DNA of 64,000 nt from Macrostomum lignano. Its lineage: Eukaryota. Shown piece by piece: positions 24,014 through 42,162 of this stretch (positions are counted from its first letter, which is position 1; every line of letters begins with the position of its first letter). The position numbers were made by a program, and so were the translations under genes. The DNA is taken from the NCBI GenBank assembly GCA_002269645.1, contig NIVC01000194.1, positions 62,001-126,000 of the forward strand, read 5' to 3'. A model generated the notes under the pieces. The model was not told where the DNA came from, made no database searches, and saw only the letters and a program-made list of their open reading frames with translations.

Positions 24014-24632
24014 AAGGGTGGGCCAGAGACGATTTCTAGGGTGAGTCGGTAGATGATTTCCTGTAAAGCACGACAAAACTTGCGCTATTCAGGGCAGCGG
24101 TTCACCCCAATTTCCATAGTAAATCACAAAGCAAACGCAAAAGACCACTGCGCATTGTTGTGCCGGTCAGGGCGGCGTCCAGTTCTCCCAGAGCGGCTGT
24201 TCGGAGACTCGAGCAAAAACTTGTAGAAGCAAGTTATAAATTATAAAAAATAGAATTATAATTAGCGAATTGCAGTTCAGCGAAAATGCGGCATTCAGAA
24301 TTTGAATTGCATTATTAAGAGTAAAAATAAGATTGAATTAAATGAGCAGAAAGGCAAACTGTGCCAATAAAAAAAGTGCAGAAAATTTCAACAGAGCGTT
24401 GCGCAGAAATGCGGCAATAAAAACAGGTTTAGTTTCTGGTGGGGGATAAAAAAGCGGTCATTGTTTTAAATTAACAATTAACTAATATTTAGAAATGCAG
24501 CGATGCGGTGCGTGCGGCCTACGGTAACTCGGCTACAGTATGGGAAGAGGTTGGGGAGCAGTGAAGGACAGTGCACTTTATTAGTGTGACGGGGAGTTCA
24601 TATCAATCAAAGTTCACCAAGCTGCCGGGGGC

Positions 24633-30899
<6,267 letters not shown>

Positions 30900-31379
30900 G
30901 ATTCGTTATTGATAGCCCAATTGTTACACACTACAGAACTTTGCGACCAGGTCAACTTAAACTACTGACGACGATAACTGAGATTTCTCTGAAATTTTCT
31001 CCGTTATCTCAATTTTTCTGAGACTTCTATTAGAAAACAAGTCCAGATATTTCATCAAAACGAAAAATTAAATACCAAGAGTATTAACAAAGTTAAATAT
31101 TAAATATACAATTAAATACGACGTCAGTAAATACTGTAAATAACTGCAAATAACTGTAAACTGTAAAATATACTGTGAATATGTAATCTGTAAATACTTT
31201 TATCATAAACAATCCCTAAATGGAGCGGTCTCACAATAGAGCGGTTTCCTACATACTCGTACATGTAAAGCATCAAATACCAGTCTCAAAAGCAATTTTT
31301 TCTAGCTAGCTAATTGTGAAACACTTTTAGAAAGCTAAAATAATGCTTGTATTTACGTAACATACACACGAATATCGTC

Positions 31380-32499
31380 CAAGGACTACTTAAGAACACA
31401 GGACGTTACACTTTCAAATATTGGCAGAATTCTAAAAGGCCGCTTTGAATGTATGTGTCTATGGTTTTAGTGGCCTTTTTGCTATTTAAAGCAATGTGTA
31501 TAATACATGAATAGAAATTAAAGCCTAATGAATAGAGCTTTTTATATGCATGTTTATATGCGATCACAAATGAAAAGATAATCTACTCGATGTTCGTGTA
31601 CGTCGCTGTACTAACCACCCTCCAGAGGTCACGAAGCCAAGAGTAATAACAGATACCAGAAATTAACTGGGCCCAGCACAAGATCTTGTCGATGGCATTG
31701 AATGCAACGATCTCGTCAGCAATAGCCCATGCTCTATCAGCAAGCAGAACGCCTCCTCGTTGGCTGGCATCCCTTGAGCGCTCTACAATACAAAATGTTG
31801 TTTGTCATAGGCAGTCTGGAACATTGAAAAGATAACTCACATTTCAAATGCACTTTTATTGAATACACTTACTGGAAGCAGAAAGCCGTAAGCTACTGGA
31901 TGGCCAGCCTTGAAAGACAGATGGAGGGTCGATAGGTCGCATGTGACGCCCGGCTTGCTTCATTCTAGCATCATCCGGCCAATGCTTGCGGCATACGCCC
32001 ATGTACGCAGTAGCCTTCTGCAATACGAGTCGAGCGATTTAATTAATGCTTCGAGACGAAATGGGAAATACCAGAATGCATAAAACGTTACCAATTACCT
32101 TAGCTGCAATGGGCAAAGCCTTCATCCAGGAGTCAATTTCAGCCTCTTCTTTCGGAAAAGTATACACGGTGCACCTTTTACCGCTTTTGTAGTTGCTGGT
32201 GCAGCCTGGAACGCAACACTTCGTCGGCATCTTGTATAACTCAATTGACAATTTAAATTGAAGAAAGAAATCAAAGATCCAGAGAACACAGAGAAGTGAG
32301 CTGTTTGCGATCTTCTGCTTGGTGCTCTAAGCTAGACTTGTGGGTTATGAGAATCATGCTACGCTGCTTTGCGAAATAGCTAAGCAAAAAGGCCACTAAA
32401 ACCATAGGTAAGCATACATTCAAAGCGGCCTTTAAGCGGCCTTTTAGAATTCTGCCAATATTTGCAAGTGTAACGTCCTGTGTTCTTAAGTAGTCCATG
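31380..32499 (-). mobile_element. non-autonomous P-element-like DNA transposon (1120 bp) with ~110-125-bp TIRs and an 8-bp TSD
   Basis: The left end CAAGGACTACTTAAGAACACAGGACGTTACAC... (31380-31487) is the reverse complement of the right end ...GTGTAACGTCCTGTGTTCTTAAGTAGTCCATG (32374-32499). TSD ATATCGTC lies at 31372-31379 and 32500-32507. Termini are 5'-CA...TG-3', and a THAP coding segment lies inside. Confidence 0.93.
31873..32230 (-). CDS. spliced THAP (C2CH) DNA-binding domain inside the mini-P element; any third exon is uncertain
   Basis: Exon 32230-32099 MPTKCCVPGCTSNYKSGKRCTVYTFPKEEAEIDSWMKALPIAAK; GT-AG intron 32098-32018 (81 nt); exon 32017-31873 KATAYMGVCRKHWPDD...RPIDPPSVF, then donor GTAAGT. 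It shows the C-x4-C...FP...W...C-x2-H...P-x2-F THAP signature. A possible exon 3 runs 31782-31583. Confidence 0.85.
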
Positions 32500-34339
32500 A
32501 TATCGTCTCCGGCTAGGCGCGACGGAGACGGGGGGGGCAGTGTGGGCAATTGCTACCCAATCATTTTATTGAGGGTGGGGGGCATAGCCTTCCCAATATT
32601 TCAATCACATCAATATGATGTAAACACGTCCCGGGCTCCCCACTTATTTTTGCGCACCATCCCTCCCCTGTGACTCAAATGCTCATGCTTATCGCCCGCC
32701 CCACTCCCCAGCGCAAAACTTAATCCCACCTTTCTATTGTTTGAAATCAATCATGCGTGCAAAAGCTTTGACCCCCTATCTCCCCAAGCTTTTCTCCGCC
32801 TGTTGCGTACATGCAATCCCCATCATAAATCATCTTTCTCCGCTGCTACCCAACCCAAATTTTTGTCCAATCACAGCGCGGCTGGCGGGTAGCGTCATCA
32901 GGGTTGCTTGGTAACGGAGGTCAAGTACGTCAGTTCACGGTCTTCAATGTCACGCATCATGCTCACGTGATCGCGTGACGCGTAATCTCAGGGTTATAAA
33001 TAGGAGCCTGTTTTGAGCCCTGAGCAGCAACCACCTGCTGGCTCCTCTGGTTGTCTCCCTGCTTATTGTGTCTAGGCTCTCATCACTGACAGTGGAATGG
33101 AGTCCTGGGCTGGATGTTCGTCCTGAATCGGGGAAAACCGGCTGAGTCCGGTTTCCTCTTGCCCCTTGTGCCCCTCCCCCCCCTTGGCCGGCCCTTCCGA
33201 GACTAAGGTAATCCCTCTCTCGGACCATATTATCCAAACAGTGTTTAGAGCTGGGTGGTGAAAAAGCCTTGAGGTTTGCAGCCCTACGAGTAGGAGGTTT
33301 TGTCTAATTTTACTCCTGATAGGAGACTCGCCCTTGGTAAATAAGCTGCCCAGACTCGCTCCAATCTAAAGCCTTTTCCGTAGACTTTGGGGTCTCCCCA
33401 CTCTCGGACTGCTTCTTAAAATTTCCAATTCTTTTCGCGCACACTCGGGTTTTGTCGTTGGGTGGTGGCTTGGGTGGACTCGGTCCTTGCACCGTCCCTG
33501 ATTCCGCGGGTTGGGTTGGCGGTGTCTTAGTCCATAAGGCTTGGGTTAGTAGCACCAAAATTTCCCCCTGGCCCCGACGTCAGGGTCCAATCAGACGGGT
33601 ATCTCGGGCTATATGCCCCTGGTAGTGCCCCTCAGCGGCAGAGCCCTTCCCTGGGCTGATCCGCGGTTGCCCCCGGCTTCCCACCCTCGTTTAACAACAA
33701 CAACAACGAGCAGCAACCTTTACCTTATCCTTTACCCTTTATGCTTTGCTGTTCTGGTCTTCGGTCCCTTGTGTTGTTCTTGTGTTTTCTCGCGAGACCG
33801 AACCTTCCTTGAGAAACTCAGCACCCGAATCGGCAACTGTTTCCACCTTTTCTCTGGGGTGGGTCGAAGGTCGAAACAAGGTCGAAATTTCACAAGGTCG
33901 AAAAGGAAATTATTTCACATGGTAAAATTTTACAACATCGAAAATTCTAGCAAGGGTCAAAATTTTACAAGGTTGAAAACTCATATAGGTCATAGGAGCC
34001 ACTTTCACAAGTTCGAAATTTCGACCTCGTGAGCTTTTGACTTTGTGAAGCTGGAAGGTGTTTTCGACGTGAAATTTTCGAGTTTATGAAACCCCGGACC
34101 GATTCTCGTCCCTAAATACTTTGATTGCTCCTAGATCCTCAGGATCTCCCCAATAAGCAACCGCTAACTGTCCTTTGCTTCCCATCGTTTGCGACTTCCC
34201 CTAACACCCACCCCAATCCGAGACTTTCGGATCGCCCGTAACTGCAGCCGCCGCCGTGACCATCGCTCTGCTCGTCGGCCGCGTCTGTCAAGGTACGCTC
34301 GTATTTTTCCTCTTTTGCGCTGCCCTTGGGTCGCGTTGA

Positions 34340-37060
34340 CTTACTTGACCTAGCTGCATGGAGGCGTTGCCGCCCATTTCGCTAACCCTGGCGACCACGG
34401 GCAGCTATAGGTGTCGCGCAGGGATTTCCGGTGGTGCCGGCGTCCGCAGCGCGGTCCCCCTCCGAAGAGTCCAGGAGGTGGATGGTCGCTCGCCCGGTAG
34501 CCCTTAGGTAGCGGATGAGATTTTTGGGCCTGAAAACGTCGGAGAGGTCCGCGTTTGGGCCGAGGTAGGTGAGCCTGACCAGAGTAAAGGTGGGGCATTC
34601 ACAGATGAAGTGCTCCGCATTCTCGACACCGGAGAGGCAGAATGGGCGTTCCCTGGATTTTTCACTGGAGGTAGTGATGCCTGGCAAAACAGCCATGACC
34701 GGATAGGCCCATGGTCACCGGCCTGATGTCCTTGCGGTTGAGTCCAAGGAGGGCCCTGCGCACGGCGAAGGAAGGACAGGGGACAGCCGCGCGGGATTGC
34801 TGGCAGTCGGGCGCGTTAGCCCACCTCTCCGTGTGCTTTGAAGCCACCCACTGGTTGATCCGAGTGGTGACAACGGCAGTGGGGGTGGGGGCCACGGGCA
34901 GGGGACCAGTAAAAGAACCGGTCGAGCCAGCCTTGGCCAGGCGATCGGCCAACTCGTTGAAGGGGTGGCCCGAATGCCCAGGGATCCACCTTAGGGACAC
35001 CTTGTTGGAGGCGCCTAAGCGGTTGAGCTGCCCGATGCAGTCGAGGACTGTACGCGAGCAGGTGGTGGTGCGCTCAAGGGATAGCCGCTTGACTGTCCGA
35101 GTGGAGGGTAATCTCCTTCCCCCAGACGCGCTGATTGTACAGCTCCATGGCGCAGAAGCTGATGGCGAGAACTTCGTTCTGGAAGAAAGTGGAGCAGGTG
35201 CCGGTGTGCTGGGAGAAGGTCACCACAGTTCTCCCTCCAGACACGATGCAGTAGCCGTAGCCAGAGGCGGAGTTGATTTGGGACCCGTCAGTGAAGCAGT
35301 GGATTTCATGGGGTTTCCAGTTGTCCCTTGCTTTATGACGTGGTGGAATGCTGGTTTTGAATTTTAGCGGAGGGCAGAGCGTGGACGGGATTCCGTCCGA
35401 GAGGGTCAGCAGGCTTCCCGCTGCTTCCAGGTCTCGCAGGCTGAGGTCGTCAGACAGACTCCTCTTTGTCCCACACCTCCCAGTCCTTGACCAGAGGAGC
35501 CAAACCGTGTGAGACGAGGGTTACGTCGACGGCCTCCGTCCATCGCCCGTTGTCGAAGGTGGGGGTTCCACCAATGTTGCAAAACTCAGTATTGGTGGTG
35601 CAGATGTAAGCAAGGAGTTTCTCACCTCTGCTGTTGAAATTATTACTGCCCCAGTGGGTGTGGTGGGCGTTGACGTTGCCCGCCACCAGCAGCTCAAACC
35701 TGCGGTTAGAGCGGTAGTTCACAAGGGAGGTGAGGTTGGGTGGAACCGCGGGCCATCGCCAGGGCTATAAATCGAGGCGATGATGACCGTGCGGTTGGTG
35801 ATTATGTGGTTGGACTGAATGACACAGAGGTCTCTGCCAGAGAGGTCCGATCTGTGCCAAGCTTTGAGATGGATAGACACGAAAATGGCTGCTCTGGAGT
35901 TTCAAGGGTCATGAAAACAGTCCAAACCAACAGGAATATTCGGAATCTTACCTTTCTTCACCCAGGGCTCCTGAAGTAGGATGATGCCCGGTTTCACGAA
36001 GCTTGCCACCTGCATCAGGTTGGTCGAGGCCGCGATGCAGTGGTGCAGGTTAAGCAGCAGTATGTCCACTCCGGGGATTCCACGAGTGGTCCGTGCAGCT
36101 TCCTGCCGGCTCAGGGCGAGTTGTGCAGGAGGACTGCCTCTTGTGCCTCGCCGATGGCTCCAGACTCCACTTCCATGGGCTCCTCCCGGATGGTCTCCAT
36201 GGTCGAGGGCGGAGCCGCCACCGGGGGCGGCATTCTCACTCTCGGCCCGGTTTTCCGGGGGGGGGGCCGCAGTGGTGACACTGGGCTGGGGGTGGCTGCG
36301 GTTGTTGGCCTTGGCGGTGTCCAGCAACTGCTTCGCGCGCTGAGTCAGACCAGAGCGGATAGTGCGGGTAGACCAGGGCGGGTTTCCGGCCCTTTCCACG
36401 TCCGCCTGTTGCTGCAGCTTTCGCGGCTTTCCCCCTCACGGGGTCCACGTCCTCGGAAGGGTCGTGACGAACGGGAGCTTTTTTCCTGGGCGTTTCCGCC
36501 CGGCAGAGCCCCCGCTCGCCCGCTTACGCTTCTCCGGGGCGGTGGGTTGGTGGCGTCAGACTCAAAGCTAAAGAGCTGAATCTGCATCAGCCCGACAGAG
36601 ATGATGGACATGTCCGGGTAGCGGAGCATCCAGCTATCCGACAGTCCGAGAATAGCCGTGAAACCGTCTCCGCCCGGCTTGGAGATGGTCTCGTGAACTA
36701 CGACGCCATTGGCCGGCAGCTCCGGGTTGGTAGCCAGTAGCAGGCGACGCAGCTCGTCGGCCTTGGTGATGGAACTGCGAGCCGAAATCCAGGCACGGTG
36801 CCAGTGTGTCCTGGGTCGCTCGTCCTCCCTGTAGATAAACAGGTTTTCCAGCTCCGTACCCCGTATCGAAGGCTTTCAGCATCTCGAGGAGCTGCTGCCC
36901 AGACTGGCTGTCGGCAGAGGTCTCGCCACGGGAGGGGCAAGGAGCTTCGGCGGCACTTGACGCTTCTGACCTGCGCGCGGGTTCCACTCCCTTGTCGGAT
37001 GTCGGCTCGCGTTAGCCCGGTCTCTTCCCCCCCCCCGTTGCTCACTATCTCCTAATATTC
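34340..37060 (-). mobile_element. degenerate non-LTR retrotransposon (LOA/R1-type: ORF1, AP endonuclease, RNase H, C-terminal Cys-His), RT domain absent; ends approximate
   Basis: Fragments in several frames. ORF1-like ELRRLLLATNPELPANG...GLSDSWMLRY (DUF4780-like, from memory). Endonuclease ILLLNLHHCIAAS...IILLQEPW...AGNVNAHHTHWGS...NSRGEKL...TPTF...VDVTL. RNase H CFTDGS...NEVLAI...HSDSQAA...[21 protein letters not shown]-terminal LSGHGCF...[17 protein letters not shown]. Stops and frameshifts are present. Confidence 0.88.
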
Positions 37061-38916
37061 TGTCTTAATTTATTCCGCTTTCATAGTAAACCGAATTGTT
37101 AGGGCTAAGTTTAGGGCCAGTAACTTGGGGCATTAGCCATTCAGCTCGTTTGCTGCTGTCTGTTTACTTATTTAACATGAGTCGTGGCATAAAGTGTGAG
37201 TAGAGAGTGCATCTGTCTCAGGGCATGGAATAGAAGCTGAGCTAGGATCAGAGTGGAAGATCACCGAGAATGAGCCTAATTCAACCAAGTAATTATGTAG
37301 CAGTATCAATACTTCTAAATAAGTCCCCGTAAGATGTGCACCACGAGAGAGCTCTGGGACCTGCACTTCCCCAACCCCTGCTGCATCGAACCCAAGCTCT
37401 AGGAGGAAAGACATTAAAATGGCCTTGGGATCTTGGGACTTAGGAGGGAATTGTAGTCTAGAACCGCCCACCAGCTAAAGGATCCCTCTACCCTAAACAA
37501 AAATCCTCGCTTCCCGCACTGACTAGACTGTACTTTGTATGACTCGCATCGAGTCCCTTAATAATCGAACATTTCTACAGTTGGGGTCAATAACCTTCGT
37601 CTGTTACAGACCGGGAGTCCCGTCTCGTTAGTGGGAGTTTTTACCGGGTGCACTCCTGCACAGGTGACTGGTGACGGCCGCGCTTCTGGTGTGTACCTTC
37701 AAACAACCCTATCGGATCTTGACCGCAGCGTCCAGCAACTGCACCATCCAGAGGCGTACAAAGTCTAGGGGACGAGGCCTAGCGGCTGTACCTTTCAGTA
37801 CCAGAGCCCAGGGGTTGCACAGGTGTTTTCGTGCAGCCCGGGTTACGTCAAATAATGATAATATAGCAAATTTAGCCTTTAATCTCTGTTTAGACTTCGC
37901 CATCCAAAATTATCAGTGTCTGACCATGTCTTGTGCCCAATATGTTTCTTCTTACGCCGCCGCACCTGTCTACGGCCGAACCAGTGCACGTGAAAGCGTA
38001 CCTAATTATACATTATACATGTAGTTTAGGCTGAGCGCATTGGCACATGTCTAGTAAATCTTCGTTTATGTAAGGCTGCCCATAATACATGTATAAGCAA
38101 AGGCAACTTAGGAGCTGAAATGGAGCCCAAAACAATTCCGGAACCAAAACCGACTGGAATCGATAGCTGTTCATGTATGGTTGGACAAGTTGACTACAGT
38201 CGCCTAGAGATCCCATCCAGGTCCATCACTTGGGGTCTCAGGGGATGAAGGGGATAAATCAAAACAGGGGGCATACGAGCGTATATATCAGTCTGTGTGC
38301 AGTAGTTTTTCAAATATAAAATTTAGGCATGAGAACTGAGAAGTCTCAAAACATGTAGAAGAAAAATGCATGTTAAGCAACATCAATAGCAAGGCCAAGT
38401 CACCAAAATAATTAAGCTTTAATGATAGCTTTTCTACTAATTAAGATATAAATCCTGAAAAAATACAGGAGAAATTCAGTAAATAATAAAAACAATGCTG
38501 CATTCTGTGGAGAGGAGAACTCAATAGTCTAAAATTTACATTTGGAACACCAAAACACATCTGATGCAGTAAGCCGGAGTGCGAGAGGAAAGGTAATGTT
38601 GATGTGATGTCATGCGCTAAAATATAGGTCATCTTTATTGATTATGATGAATTCTAATAATGATTATTTGTGCAATTTGCTATCTAATTTTCTCAAATGC
38701 TTTCAGAAGTTTATTTTTATTACCAACTGTACATTACATTACAGCTAAGCAACTGTATTGTAATAAGCTATTTCTATTGTTGCCTACGGAAATTAAGAAA
38801 TCATGAGGCCAACCTTCAAGCTTTCTTCTGGTTTGGCATTTTAGGCACAAAAAATCGAAGCTCACAAGGAAAAATCGTAAAAAGTCCGTCGTCCCTGTAC
38901 CGAAAACTGGAAAAAA

Positions 38917-39600
38917 TCACAAAAAAGTGCATCGCGAGATGGCCTGGGTGGGAAGCTCCTCAAAATCAGCCATCGAGTTGAACCCATGCCACTCAGCCAC
39001 GAGTCGCCTTCTAATACCGGTGAAAGTCTCGAGCGACTCCACCAGTTTTGCCACTATCTGCGCGATCCAGTCGTTTCCATCAAATGCGTCGCAGCTTCTC
39101 CTCAGGCAGATTGCAGAATCTTTGATGGTGGCTCTGATCTCACCTGCCACCCGCTCGCACCTAGCCGCGCTCTCAGCCTGATCTGTGGTGTACCTGTACG
39201 TCGAGTACACAAACTTGGCGATAGGAGGACCGGCTGTGGGAAGGATTTGTCACCACGGCAAGACCAGCTCGCATAGCCCACAATATGCATTTCTTTTTCT
39301 TTGCACACCGACGAATGTCCTCAGCTATCTCCTCAAAATCGCAGTCCAGACTCTCTACCAGCTGATGCGCAGCGCCCAACTGGCCGAAAAATTTGTTGAA
39401 TTCCGTCGAATAATCGAATGTGTTGAGCCACCCCACCAGCTCGTACCCGGAGTCGCTCACCTCGCGCAGACTCTCCATCAGTAGTTTTAGTCTTGGTAAC
39501 ACATTAGTCTTGATCAGCCTTGCCTTGAACTCCTCATCCTCATGCTGCTGAAGTTTCCTGAGTGCATCGATCTGAGTGCAGCTATTGCTTTTTACTTTGA
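38917..39600 (-). pseudogene. disrupted paralog of the 317-aa helical protein at 44765-45718
   Basis: Joined frames read ...TQIDALRKLQQHEDEEFKARLIKTNVLPRLKLLMESLREVSDSGYELVGWLNTFDYSTEFNKF...KKKKCILWAMRAGLAVVT / ILPTAGPPIAKFV...LRRSCDAFDGNDWIAQIVAKLVESLETF. These align by eye with the 45-kb protein. There is a frameshift near 39245 and in-frame stops near 39602 and 39656. Confidence 0.65.
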
Positions 39601-40397
39601 ATTAGTAAATTGGCTTAATTTTGCTCGATTGCTCTGCTCTGCAGCTACAAGACCTCTACTGCAACAAGTTGCTTGGGCTTTTAATAATCATTCGCTGAGT
39701 TCCTAATTCGAAGCACATGTCTGCACAATTTAGTTCCCTGTCATTGTACGTGCAAGTGTACTTGCCATTACCAAGCTCAGCGCATTGTGCTCGACGTGGT
39801 TCCTTGTAACTGTTCCGGCTTTCGTAAGGCCGATAAGATCGAAATGGTTGCTTATGGTGGCATAAGGCTATGGTGGCTTTACTTGTCTCATTTTCAAGAA
39901 TACCGGAATCAACGCTGACTTTCGGCCAACTTTGTATTTGCAAATGTATCCACAAATTAAATGATTTTTTAAATGTCTGCTGGTTGACGTTGGTGTCCGC
40001 TAACTCTAAGACTATCATGCTTTCAATATTCGAAAGAATTTACAATATAACTTTTAGATTTTGTACATCTGCAAATCATTGCTTAAGTAAAAGGGAGAAG
40101 ACGATTAATTTGTCGTCATTTTACCTGTATATGAACCTAGGGATCTGCAGGACTTTATTATTCTTGTGATGGTCGTTAGTCAGATTGTATTTACAACTAT
40201 ATAGTTAATGCTTTTTAATATTAATCAAGACGATAAGTTTCTATCTAGTATGAAAGGGGCAGTCTGAATCAGCCACATTCATATGAATCATACTGACGCA
40301 AAAGTGGGATTTATATGTAATCAAACAGGACAGGAAAGGTCAGATCGGGGATCCAACAGTGGCAAATAATCAGCACCTGAGGCTACTGCAGGTTCAG

Positions 40398-41877
40398 CTA
40401 CTTATTAGGGCAGTACATGATCAGCCGAACATCCGGCTTGGCCGCCTTCGGATCAGTCGGGTGCAGCGTGGAGGCGCCGTTGCGGTGCACGGCCAGCACA
40501 ACGCCCCGGCACGGCTGACCGCGGATGTTCGAGGCGGACGCAATCGAGATCACGTTGCACTGCCTGCCCTCGACGTTGTAGCCGCCCGCCAGCGACTGTT
40601 CGATGCCCTCGTTCCGGACGCAGATCTTCATGTTGCTGCGCTTCATAAAGCTGATGGCCTCGCAGACATCTGCGGAGAAAGGATGCGAGCAACTTCGATT
40701 CCTACTGAAACAGATGTTTCCTAGTTAAGCCCTCCCTATGTTGGCGCCCTGTTACGCTGATCCTGTTGGCTGCTGGTTGCTGGACGCGATGAGTGCGTAG
40801 AATGAGAAAGAACTTGAGATTTTTTCTGAGTCCCCCTCAATAATAACTCAAACAGTTGTCTCTAAAGACTCAAAAACCTTCGGTCTCGCCCTCGTCGAAG
40901 TCCTCAAGCGGGTCGGCCTGCAGCGTGTGGTCACCTAGTCGAGACGGCTGCCTGGCCAGCAGGCGCATGATGCCGTCCCGGTGGCAGATGGTGCAGGGCC
41001 GGACCACCTGCTCCAGGTCCAGCAGGTTGCCTCGCTTCAGGCTGAGAGACGCGTTGCACATCAGGTGAATGCCGTTTGCTCGGGCGGCAAGCGGCAGGTA
41101 CTTGAAGACGGACTTGAACTCGCGGTACAGGGAGGCCGTGAATGAAGTTGTCACTGCGGAGGCATTGGTAGCAAGTTCGTAGAAAAAGTTCTCATGAAAT
41201 TCTACAAATGTAAATTTGGTCCCGCTTGAAACACAGCAATAACAAAAGCAGCGCGCCCTTAGAGTCGAATAATCATGGTTTTTCGGTGCATTCCCACACA
41301 ATATGCTTCTTACTAAGTACGCTCGTAGCAGTATCATAAGGTGCATCAGCATACCACATCAAATTGAATTCCGGATACATAGGGGATATTAAGTCCTGTT
41401 CCCCCTGACACAGCCCAGGCAGGTGCTTCACAACTCACGCAGGTCCAGCAGCCCCATGTCCGCGGCGCAGTGCTCGCACTCGCTGGCGCCCCGCAGCAGC
41501 AGGATGTGCTTCGGGTAGACCACCTTGAAAATGAGCAGCAGAACGAAGACGTTCGTCTGAATCTTGTCGTCGATCGTGGCAAGGTAGTCACCGAGGAACA
41601 CGTAGCAGACGTCGCTTGGCCAGCCGTAGGTGCGGAAGATCGCCTGCAGGCTCTCGATGCTGCCGTGCAGGCTGCCGACCACCCGGCAGTCGCCGCGCAC
41701 GTCAATCACGGAGGCCTCGGTCCTGAGGATGTTGCACACCCGCTTGACGATCATGTAGAGCTCGTTGCTGGTGAGGCTGGTGATGCCGCCCTGGGCGAAG
41801 CGCTCGACGACCAGGGCAATCCAGTTGCGCGGCAGGCCGAACTCGATCAGCGACTGCGCCCGTAGCTTCACGTCCAT
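40398..41877 (-). CDS. PP1-like PPP-family protein with degenerate catalytic motifs (putative pseudophosphatase), 3 exons, 328 aa
   Basis: Exons 41877-41439, 41153-40878 and 40669-40398 total 987 nt with GT-AG introns (phases 1/1) and no internal stop. It is collinear with PP1 motifs: VVGSLHG (GDIHG), YVFLGDYLATI (GDYVDRG), FKVVYPKHILLLRGASE (KYPENFFLLRGNHE), VFKYLPLAA, MCNAS (HGG), ICVRNE (ICRAH), ASASNI (SAPNY). Confidence 0.85.
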
Positions 41878-42162
41878 GCTGAGGCCTTTAGTTTGAGAAA
41901 CTTTTTGTGATCTTATTTGAGTCTGCTTCATTTAAATAAAGCAGCTGAGGCATTCTAGAAACTTTCCTAAAGTTCTATGGTAAGTTTTATGCATTTTAAG
42001 TTGACATTTGATAGTTTCTAAGGTGGGTCTGATGGCTTGGACAGCTGCTGGTAGGGGCGATTGAGCTCAACAACGGGAGCAGGATAAATTTTACTACATG
42101 CAAGATTTTTGCCGACTGCCTCCCTCCCAGCTCTTGCATCCGCAATATCGCACTGCAGCCAG

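Noticed and set aside
32508-33300. Possible LTR or DIRS terminal repeat (TATAAATAGG at about 32995)
   Set aside because: I found no matching second repeat, PBS/PPT or gag-pol-like coding sequence in the window.
39656-40018. 120-aa minus-strand ORF as an independent gene
   Set aside because: It has no recognisable motif and is AT-rich. It is in frame with the broken helical paralog and may be its decayed 5' part, but I cannot support a call.
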